63,565 bases of DNA from Methanosarcinales archaeon. GTDB lineage: Archaea; Halobacteriota; Methanosarcinia; Methanosarcinales; Methanocomedenaceae. Positions 39,262 to 48,200 of this stretch are shown here, piece by piece. Location of the stretch: contig JAIOQW010000228.1 in NCBI GenBank assembly GCA_021108405.1, forward strand, positions 1-63,565, written 5' to 3'. The translations under genes were made by a program, and so were the position numbers. Numbering within the stretch: position 1 is the stretch's first letter; every line of letters begins with the position of its first letter. The notes under the pieces are model-generated. The model saw nothing but the letters and a program-made list of their open reading frames with translations, was not told where the DNA came from and did not search any database.

Positions 39262-39404
39262 GAGACCGTTACATTACATGTTGGTACTATTAAAATAACC
39301 GCAGATGAACACAGATAAACACGGATACGCTGCCTGAAAATCTGTGTTCATCTGTGTTTATCTGTGGTTTCATAAGATTCACCAACACGAATTGTAACGG
39401 TCAC
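39262..39404 (-). mobile_element. 143-bp MITE, copy 2 (inverted relative to copy 1), flanked by the 8-bp direct repeat ATATTACT
   Basis: It is the reverse complement of 34796-34938 with a single terminal difference (ggtcac versus ggtctc). The duplication atattact lies at 39254-39261 and 39405-39412. Confidence 0.9.
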
Positions 39405-39413
39405 ATATTACTT

Positions 39414-39556
39414 GAATGCAACGCCTTAAGGGACGTGAAGGAAACGCAGATTGACGCTAATATAAGGTTGCATCTGCGTAAATCAGTGTTTCCTGCACGC
39501 CCCTTTAGGCGTTGCAGGCATTCAACTCCGCAGGAGTTGAATGTATCTGCGTTTAA
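39414..39556. repeat. Z element: a ~110-nt imperfect long hairpin plus a perfect 9-bp stem hairpin
   Basis: The arms are gaatgcaacgccttaagggacgtgaaggaaacgcagat and atctgcg...gtttcctgcacgcccctttaggcgttgcaggcattc. The second hairpin is ttcaactcc gca ggagttgaa (39521-39541). A related element lies at 55383-55453. Confidence 0.75.
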
Positions 39557-39575
39557 TATAGTTGATCTATTGATC

Positions 39576-40592
39576 TTATTTTCTTCTCATTACTATCAGG
39601 AGTGCAGCTATCAGGCCAAGTACGGAAAGGATCATTCCAAAACCTGGTGATGACTGTTTTGCTTCATCTGCAGACTTTTTTGCATCTTCTGCTGCCTGAT
39701 TGGCCTGCGCTACTGCCTGGTCAAGTTCTGCACTTGATGTAGTTGATGCAGTTGATGAGGATCCGTCAGGTGGGAATGATTCAATTATAGGTACAATGAA
39801 CACGCCTCTTATATTGCGGCCGGTTTCAGGTTCCATGGTAGCTCCGACAAACCATATTCCAGGTTCATCAAGTGAATAAACAAACTCTCCCTGACCATTG
39901 GACTTGGTAACTCTTGTGAATACCATCGGTGGGTCATATGAGTACATACTTTCTGCTTTTTCCACTATCTCCACTCCAAGTTCCTTTGTGTGATATATCT
40001 CAACCTCAACTGAAGCATCTGTTAGCGGCTCATCGTTATGCATTGCCTGTCCTGCAAACACAAAACCTTCTTCCATGCCGTAGGGGCGCATATAGGGCAT
40101 TATTTCAGTTTCCTGTCCGACCTCTGCATCCCAGCCTTCCCACATCTCTACACCACAATGGATAACAGCCTTAGTATAATCTATCAGGTTTTCACCTTCG
40201 TCCTCATATTTCACAAATATTACAGAATCCCCGTCCTGATCAACAGTGAATGAAGTCTTATATGCTACGAAAATTCCATCATTTCCGTCTTCATCCATTC
40301 CATCAACTTCTATCTCGCTGGTTTCGAGTTTCTCAACAGTGCCATCAGGCTTCATAACAGATACCTCGGGTACGGATGACATATTAAATAGTATATGTTC
40401 ATATGGGTGTCCCCACATCATATATATCGTCTTTGTCTCTCCAAGGTCTGCTATATAATCCTCAGGTGTCACATCCCATATGGTATTCTCACTATCACTT
40501 GGAAATACCATAGTGAAATGTGCACATGCTGTGCCGGAAGATGCTAATAAGAGCATCATTATAAGTGAAATTCTTATAAAAGTTGTATTCAT
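39576..40592 (-). CDS. DUF4198-like (NikK/CbiK-type) extracytoplasmic metal-binding protein with a PGF-CTERM anchor
   Basis: The signal peptide ends GTACA|HFTMVFP, followed by WGHPYEH. The C-terminus has an Ala/Gln/Glu-rich linker and then SSPGFGMILSVLGLIAALLIVMRRK. Confidence 0.6.
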   Translation of the reverse strand: MNTTFIRISLIMMLLLASSGTACAHFTMVFPSDSENTIWDVTPEDYIADLGETKTIYMMWGHPYEHILFNMSSVPEVSVMKPDGTVEKLETSEIEVDGMDEDGNDGIFVAYKTSFTVDQDGDSVIFVKYEDEGENLIDYTKAVIHCGVEMWEGWDAEVGQETEIMPYMRPYGMEEGFVFAGQAMHNDEPLTDASVEVEIYHTKELGVEIVEKAESMYSYDPPMVFTRVTKSNGQGEFVYSLDEPGIWFVGATMEPETGRNIRGVFIVPIIESFPPDGSSSTASTTSSAELDQAVAQANQAAEDAKKSADEAKQSSPGFGMILSVLGLIAALLIVMRRK

Positions 40593-40855
40593 TTTTATTA
40601 CTCCATTCTAATAGTTGCATACGATTTTTATATGTCGTGTTACTTTTGTTGCTACATCATTCGCTATTTCATGTTATATAATTCTTTCGATAATAGTCAG
40701 TATCTCCAAAAAACTTTTTGATATTCCTTCAATTCCTGAGTCAGTTTCAAACGCTTTGATTTCAATTTAATTATGAAATAATTCTTATTTCTATATCCAT
40801 TTCAAAAAATACAATCTGTATTAATCATTGTTTATATTGTCTACCACAGGCTCAG

Positions 40856-41758
40856 TTATCTTTTATTTACTATTAAAAACACAACAGTATTATTAACCGG
40901 CGGCTTTGGCGGAACCCTTCGATATTCTTGAAAGACATCTGGTAATTCATAGCGTGAGAAAGTATCCAGTAATCTCCTGAGGCCCTTCTCATATTTTCTA
41001 TATGATATAACTGTCCCTGAAAGGAATACTTTTGCCATATGATTAAAGATATCCTTTTTAGGTTCGGCCTGGGCTGCTACCATAATAAGCTCACACTTTT
41101 CTTTTAAAGGAAGTGATTGGTGATTTCCTTCAATTATCTTGATCTGGTTCGAAAGTCCTAATTTTGATAATACTTTTTTTGAGAGATTAACTCTTTTGGG
41201 GTCTTGTTCTATCCCGATTCCCTTAAGCCCGTATTGATGGCAGAGGACTATGAGTGTTAAAGGCATTGGACCACTTCCGAGAAATACAACACGATCACCA
41301 GGTTTTAAACCGGCTCCCTCATATTCTACCTGAGCAAGTTGAAGATAATTTGAAAAATATGAAACATTTTCAAAAACGTCCCATGGATGATGACTTTCCA
41401 GTATAGAGTGTGCCTGTTCATTCTCTATTAATGCATAATACTGGCTTCTATACCTGGTAATTACATCAAATGCCAGTTCTAGTTCAGTATTATAAAGAAC
41501 TTCTTCGATATATTTATCGTCTATTTGTTGTGCAATCAGATTATCCAGCCTTTGAAAAGCTGATGTAAGAAATGTAGAATGATCCCGGCAATCTTGTATA
41601 TTATCAGATTTGATTAAAAGAAAATATATATCTACTATTTCTTTGATTACTGACCCTGTATAGTAACTTACAGTATTATATATATTTGGAATAGACTTTT
41701 GATATAATTGTGAACTATATTCTAATAAGATTTGATCATTGTTTTTCACGTATGTCAT
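40856..41758 (-). CDS. Nicotianamine synthase-like protein
   Basis: VSYFSNYLQLAQVEY followed by RVVFLGSGPMPLTLIVL and ELIMVAAQAEPKKDIFNHMAKVFLSGTVISYR reproduce the NAS pattern I remember (FpYy.NY..L...E; vaFiGSGPLPLTsivL; DvVflAALVGm...K). Confidence 0.65.
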   Translation of the reverse strand: MTYVKNNDQILLEYSSQLYQKSIPNIYNTVSYYTGSVIKEIVDIYFLLIKSDNIQDCRDHSTFLTSAFQRLDNLIAQQIDDKYIEEVLYNTELELAFDVITRYRSQYYALIENEQAHSILESHHPWDVFENVSYFSNYLQLAQVEYEGAGLKPGDRVVFLGSGPMPLTLIVLCHQYGLKGIGIEQDPKRVNLSKKVLSKLGLSNQIKIIEGNHQSLPLKEKCELIMVAAQAEPKKDIFNHMAKVFLSGTVISYRKYEKGLRRLLDTFSRYELPDVFQEYRRVPPKPPVNNTVVFLIVNKR

Positions 41759-41921
41759 AATATATCACAATTTTTTTGTTAAGAAGGTATTATTCAAATC
41801 TAATATAGTATCTTCGGTAAAATCAGGTGAACCCATAAAAAAAACTATATTATGCCTTAAATAATCTTGACTATTTTAAAAATCGTGCAGGAGGGTGTTA
41901 TAGATATGAATGATTGTAGTT

Positions 41922-42052
41922 TTGTATCCACTTCAAAAAAACATGGTATTTTGACATTTGTGATCGGTTAAGGAATTTTAATCCGTGTTAATCCTTGTTA
42001 ATCTGTGTCTGAAAAAAAGCTTTCGAACTCTACCAAGATTACTTTCTACTCT
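41922..42052 (+). repeat. Composite of repeat modules R3 (41922-41956) and R2 copy b (41955-42052), including three tandem 10-bp units
   Basis: The tandem units taatccgtgt taatccttgt taatctgtgt lie at 41979-42008, whereas copy a has one unit. R3 matches 22464-22497. Confidence 0.8.
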
Positions 42053-42292
42053 ATAGAAAGTGTAACTTCAACATATCCAATAGCATTTTTTCTACGTAGT
42101 TCCAGCCGGGTCTGGAACTGATCGATCAGATGCGATCTAAAAATGGAAAATATTCACCTAACCAACGCCTTTGAGATATTATAAAAAATACAATATTCCG
42201 GGATTGGTTTATTTCCAAAGTCAAGATTACTCCAAAAATTATAATTATCAATAAAACATTGTAGTTTATGCTACAAAAAATAGGAGGTTTCC

Positions 42293-42571
42293 ATGTCAAG
42301 CATTCCAATGCGTATAAAACGAAACACCAAAGACCGGATTGAAAAGATGCAATCTTTATTGAGATTGAAAAATGTAAAAATAAATCAACGACAATTAATT
42401 GATAATGCTGTTGAATTTGCTTATTTTCATGAAGATGATTTTATCGTCTATCTAATAAGTTCGAAAGTATCACTGGAAGAAGACACACTCTGGCAACTTA
42501 TTCATAATCCGGTTGATATGGGCAAGACCGACGCTGAGAAAGTTGACGAATACCTTTATGGCGGTGACTGA
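42293..42571 (+). CDS. Putative antitoxin partner of the PIN-domain toxin (VapB-like)
   Basis: 92-aa ORF ending 1 bp before the PIN gene. The N-terminus MRIKRNTKDRIEKM looks RHH-like. The call rests on context only. Confidence 0.45.
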   Translation: MSSIPMRIKRNTKDRIEKMQSLLRLKNVKINQRQLIDNAVEFAYFHEDDFIVYLISSKVSLEEDTLWQLIHNPVDMGKTDAEKVDEYLYGGD

Positions 42572-43021
42572 TTGTCATTATTTGTTGATACAGGAATATT
42601 TTTTGCTGCATTTTCAAAAAATGACACTCATCATGTTGAAGCAGTAGGATTACTTGAATGTGCACTACTGGGAAAATGTGGAGCAATATACTCCTCTGAT
42701 TACATTTTTGACGAGACTGTGACACTTGCAAGGGTTCGGACACATAATTATGAAATAACTTCAAAGATTGGAGATATGATTAAAAACTCTTCAAGAATCA
42801 GACTATTAAGAGTGGATGAAGATATTTTTAATAAGGCGTGGGATATTTTTGGGAAATATCATAATAAAGAACTTAGTTTTACAGATTGTACATCGATAGC
42901 ATTAGTAAAAACACAAAAAATTGATATGATATTTAGTTTTGATCTTCATTTTGATGGAATACTTAATCGAATTAATTCGGTACATGATCTATCTACTGGA
43001 GTGCACCCCAAAAAAAGCTGA
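42572..43021 (+). CDS. vapC: PIN-domain ribonuclease toxin (VapC-like), TTG start
   Basis: LFVDTGIFFA (first Asp), SSDYIFDET and SFTDCTSIAL...FSFDLHF give the acidic quartet layout of PIN domains. Confidence 0.75.
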   Translation: MSLFVDTGIFFAAFSKNDTHHVEAVGLLECALLGKCGAIYSSDYIFDETVTLARVRTHNYEITSKIGDMIKNSSRIRLLRVDEDIFNKAWDIFGKYHNKELSFTDCTSIALVKTQKIDMIFSFDLHFDGILNRINSVHDLSTGVHPKKS

Positions 43022-43377
43022 CCCCTTCAAAACCAGGCTGCTGGTTCCTGATATAATCTACTGTAAACCTGATACTTCTGTGTTAAAAAATATTCACAGT
43101 TGATCAATATTACCACGACCAACAATCAACCAAAACCTACCATTACAACAGCCCAAATACCCACTTCACTCCCCCATCCCTTTACCATGCCTGCGGGCTG
43201 TATACACTCCGGATTCAAAGGTACAGTAACACAGGCCGGGGACTAAGAAATAGCATGAGCACAAAGAATATACTGATTCAAATAAGACCAACTCTAACAG
43301 ACCAAAGTATTTTTGATATACTTTTCACAGGTGTCCGCATGATTTTAAGCGAGAGTGCCTGAAGTATAAAGCTCAGA

Positions 43378-45264
43378 TTACCTCTTACTCACTAACTTTC
43401 GTCTCATAACAGCAGCAGCAATCGTAAACATCACACCCACAATAAGCAATATCCCCCCACCCCACAACAGACTTGCAAAAGGATATTTCTTTACAGAAAA
43501 CTCGATATTCTCAATCCGTATGCTGGGTGTACAACTGGATCCCTGGAAATCAAGCTGTATATCACCAAGCAGACCATGTCTCACTCCGGGCTTAGCAATA
43601 AACCCGTACTGAAGGCTCTTCCAGAAAAGACTCTTCATTTCGTATGTACCACTATCGACCACTTCAACATTCAGGGTCTGGACCCAGTCAGTATCAGTAT
43701 ACTCAACATCATAATCAATAAAGCGCACACCTAAACCATTATCTTCCTTATATACCCCTTTTTCATCAAGACTATAATGAAAAGTATGTACAGTTGCAAA
43801 AGAAGTGCTTAATAACGCACCCAGAATTAGAAAAATAAAACCCGCATGGATCAAATTAATACCTGTAAGGTGAATGGCTATCTTCTTGTTCTTTACTTTA
43901 AGATCATTTATCATTTTAAAAATAATACTGGCTATGACAAAGAAAAATGCACTCAAGTATAAGAGTACATTGACTCCGGAAGGTATGACAATAACAAGTA
44001 TAAGAGACACAGCGAAATAAAACATAACTACAATAGACAGAGTATTATCCTTTACCCTGCCATACAGCATACAGACACCGGTAAGATAGGTCAGGGCCAG
44101 GATCAAACAAAAGAAGAAAAAATTATAATATTCAGGTGGCAGAATAACAGCTTTTCCGGTATAATAGAGGATTATATACACAGTAGGTCCCCATAATGAA
44201 ATAAATATCATGATAAGTAAGATCACGATCGTAAAATAAAACGTATTCTGGGGCTCAAAAACTTCACGAAAACCGCCTGTTACCGTAGTGAGAGAGATAT
44301 CATGTTTCAGTGCATATATTACCGAATAAAAAACCACTATCACAATAAAAATTAAAAGCATCCACCATGTGGGTGTTCCCGGGAAACTGTGGATAGAGCC
44401 GAAGATGTCACTCCTTGCAACTAAAGTGGTATACAAACATGCAAGAAATGCACTGATACATAACAAAGGAAAAAGTCGTTTATATTCACCCCTGTTAAAA
44501 CGTACCACAGCATGCAGAGCAGTAGTTAATAGGAGCCATATAGCCATGGTACATGATTGCAAAGGGTCCCACTGCCAGAAACCGTTCCATCCAAGCAGAC
44601 GGTTAGCCCATAATCCCCCCGTAAGCATACAGATGCTTAACATTATCCATGAAATTCGCAGATAAATCCTGATACCGGTCATCCTCTTCTCATTTACAGT
44701 AAGATAAGCAAGCGATACGGCTGCAGGTATAATAACAAACGCATATGCAATAAGAGTGGTAAAAATATGTACAGGCATAAGGATATCTATAAGTGCGGGA
44801 CTGATACCGTTACCTGATAAAGGCAACGATGCACCGCTTACAATAAATATTGAATTAAAAGGCGTCATAACGATCGCCAGAACAAGCAAGAATGCACAGC
44901 CAATTAATGCATACATGATAGCGATCTGGTCAATATGCGAACATTTTTTATTCAGTTCGGTAAATATCAAAACAACCAATACCGAAAGCCACGCCCATAC
45001 CAGATATGTTCCTTCCTGGCCTGTCAGTATAGCAGCAAGCCTGTAAAAAAGGGATAGATCCCCGCTGTCATGCTGCCAGACATAGATCAAACTATAATCA
45101 AGGAATATAAATGCATATGCCAGTAACAGTACACAAAGAGTGGATAGAACCGCTGCAGTCCTGATCAACAGGATGGCCTGCTTATTTCTCCCTGTGTACA
45201 TAACAACACCAGCTAAACAAGTAGACAGAAAAGTCAAATATAATAGAATATTTCCTACAGTCAT
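43378..45264 (-). CDS. ccmF: CcmF-like cytochrome c heme lyase / assembly protein
   Basis: 628 aa, about 15 TM helices, Trp-rich WWD-type motif GWNGFWQWDPLQS. The start overlaps the stop of the 2153-aa cytochrome by 4 bp. Confidence 0.75.
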   Translation of the reverse strand: MTVGNILLYLTFLSTCLAGVVMYTGRNKQAILLIRTAAVLSTLCVLLLAYAFIFLDYSLIYVWQHDSGDLSLFYRLAAILTGQEGTYLVWAWLSVLVVLIFTELNKKCSHIDQIAIMYALIGCAFLLVLAIVMTPFNSIFIVSGASLPLSGNGISPALIDILMPVHIFTTLIAYAFVIIPAAVSLAYLTVNEKRMTGIRIYLRISWIMLSICMLTGGLWANRLLGWNGFWQWDPLQSCTMAIWLLLTTALHAVVRFNRGEYKRLFPLLCISAFLACLYTTLVARSDIFGSIHSFPGTPTWWMLLIFIVIVVFYSVIYALKHDISLTTVTGGFREVFEPQNTFYFTIVILLIMIFISLWGPTVYIILYYTGKAVILPPEYYNFFFFCLILALTYLTGVCMLYGRVKDNTLSIVVMFYFAVSLILVIVIPSGVNVLLYLSAFFFVIASIIFKMINDLKVKNKKIAIHLTGINLIHAGFIFLILGALLSTSFATVHTFHYSLDEKGVYKEDNGLGVRFIDYDVEYTDTDWVQTLNVEVVDSGTYEMKSLFWKSLQYGFIAKPGVRHGLLGDIQLDFQGSSCTPSIRIENIEFSVKKYPFASLLWGGGILLIVGVMFTIAAAVMRRKLVSKR

Positions 45265-48200
45265 TTAATCCGTCTCCATATTAAGATCAATGACCCTGTA
45301 ATAATGATCAAAGGTAAGATCCATTTCAATATTAACTCTATAAACGCCATTCCACCTGGCTTCTTCACAGTAAGCAGGTCAATAGCATCTCTACTCCACT
45401 TACCTGATGAGTCCTTTACATGTACTAAAAAAATATACTGGCCCGGAGGCATATCCGATGTGTCGATCACAGCACCGAGCAGTACAGATGAATCGTTTGA
45501 ACCGCCAACCACGAATTGCAGCGGTTTACCAGTACCATCCTTACCCATATCATTGATGAAATACTCACCCACTGTTACCTTAGTAAGAGGCGGAAGTACC
45601 ACAGTACATTCCAAAAGGCTTACTTCCCCGCTAATTACTCTATCAGGTTTAAGTGAGACCGCAATACGGGGAATAAATTCACTGGTTGCAAGAGTATGAA
45701 GGCTGACAGGGTCACCGCCGCCGTGACATAACGTACAGTTAGGTGCAAAACCGTGAGCTGTACCAGAAGGTGAAAGTCCTTCCGTACCCATGTTAGTGGC
45801 ATTGAATGGTGATGCTCCTCCATGATAGGTATGACAGTCCTTACACCCGGTAATATTCCCTGTATCCCAGTCCTGCCACCCGGTATCCTGTACAGTACCC
45901 AGTGGATACGAGTCAAAGTGGAACCTGCTCTCTCCTGTAGCATTATGGCAGGATGTACAGGTAATTATAGTCCGGTTGAACAGAGGGTGTGAAATACTTG
46001 CCCTCATCCCACCTTTCAATTGAACTGAGGAATTATATTCAACTTTAAGAGATTCAATATCTTTGTGGCATTCCCGGCACCCTTCAAATGTTTCATCAGT
46101 AAGATTGCCAACTATTCGTGTAAGTTCATGGTATTTGTCTGCCTCCTCATTATGACAGATTATGCATGTTGTGGTCTTGTTTGCTGTCTTTATCTCTGCT
46201 CCCGCATAATGCATGGAACCGTATTCAGTGTGGCAATCCGTACACAATATACCTTCATAAGGCTGGTATTTACGTTCTTCATGCGGAGGATGACACTCAG
46301 TACATTCGACATCGTGCTTGATCGCACCTGTGAAATACCCCTTATCCACTAAAAACGGAGAATGTGACCTGCTTACACTTTCAGGGTCATGGCATTCTTC
46401 ACATCCGGAAACTACTTTTACTCCTGACCCGTGACGCAGTACATCTATCTGTGATTGTGGTTTATGCGGGAACTGTCCCTCAACACTGTGACATGGGAAA
46501 CAGTAGCCAAATGTCTCATTGGCATATTCCCTGACAATAAGACCGGTATGTATCGATTTGTTAGTAGTATTATGACATACGGAACAGGTATATTCATAAT
46601 TTTTCAAAGTGTTTACCTTATCTTCAGGTGCACCCGGATAGTGCGTGATGAGCGGGCTTAAATTGAACTTTTCCGCACCCTCTTTATCCACATGACAGTC
46701 CTCACACTGCCTGGTTATGGTTATACCAGTATCATGGAACATGGCCACTCCTTCACCTGCATGACATAGGGTGCAGTCATTGTCTGCATTGTGTTTGGTG
46801 ATCTGCGGAGCATCTCCCCATAATAGGCCGTTGGTTTCATTGTTATGACACACAGCACAGTGTGAAGTATGTAATAGATCATCCCTTGTTGAATAATGTG
46901 AAGTTGCAGCTTTTGCATTTTTTAAAGTGTCGTTGGTAAAGGTCAGTGAATGGCAGTCCCAGCACCCGGCATCTGTTGATATCTCAGCACCTGAATAATG
47001 TGTATATATCTGTACAGCATCGAATTTTGAATATGCATGACAGCTTACACAGGAGGTGGCTGGGTCAGTGCCAAAATAGGCTGTCGGGTGTTCTACAGGT
47101 TCATCACTGCTACCATTACCGTGACACGCCCAACATGCCTTGTTAGCTTCATCGGTGATAAAACCCGAATAGGTGGCATTGGAATTAAGACCAACATGCA
47201 CACCATCTTTAAATTTATTAATATCGATCTTTATAGGTGCTACACCATCACCTGCATGGCAGCTTATACAATCCGCAGTGTATATACCAGGTGTAATAGT
47301 ACCTACATGGAACGTTCCTGGTTCGCCCCCCAGAGTGATAAGGCTATCAAGAGGCAGATATTTTGGTTGTATGTTTGTCTGGAGTATAGAAGTATTTTCA
47401 TCAATGATCTTATGCTCTTGTGCGATCAACAGCACATCGCTCAGGGTAACAGACAGAGTAGACATACCTGTAAAAACACAGTCCAGCTTTGCGTGGAATA
47501 TTTCAATATCCCTATCAAGCATTTCCTGCTCATGCGTGAAATAGCTCCCCTGGGTGATCACGCTATCTTCTATCAATGTCTTGTTCCTATAGAGTCTAAA
47601 GTGTGCATTGTTCTGCTTTACACTCACATCCACAACTTGCAGACTAAAGTGCTCTCCAAGATCCCATATTTCTCCTGATGTAAGCATTTTTTTATCATGC
47701 TGTGCAAAATTGACAGCTATCCTGCCAAGAGTAATATTCTCATCTTTTCTTTGTAGTACAACATAGTCCGTACCATCCGGTATATTGGTACGGTATTCAC
47801 GGTCATGACAGGCATAGCATTGTTTATTTTCTGTTTCTATATGAATGCGTGACGAAAGCACATTTCCGCAAACTTCTGCTACAAAACTACCTCTTGATGA
47901 GAATATTTTCGTTACTATGAGATCAATAAGAGTGGTATTATTATCCTCGATCCCACTGATCTCGTATGTAAGCCTGCCGCCTTTTGATATGTAATCACGC
48001 TTAAGCAGTACACCGTTTTGCTTAATGTCAAACACTGCATCATTGGGTGTGGTCTCTATTAATACCAGTGAATAATTATCTATCAGCCTGAACGATTCAC
48101 CTGCACTCAGAGTCTCATTGATAAGGGTATAATGCGTATGATTTCTTTGATCAGGTGGATCTCCCCATCCATCTGCAATACCTGTATGACATTTGATACA

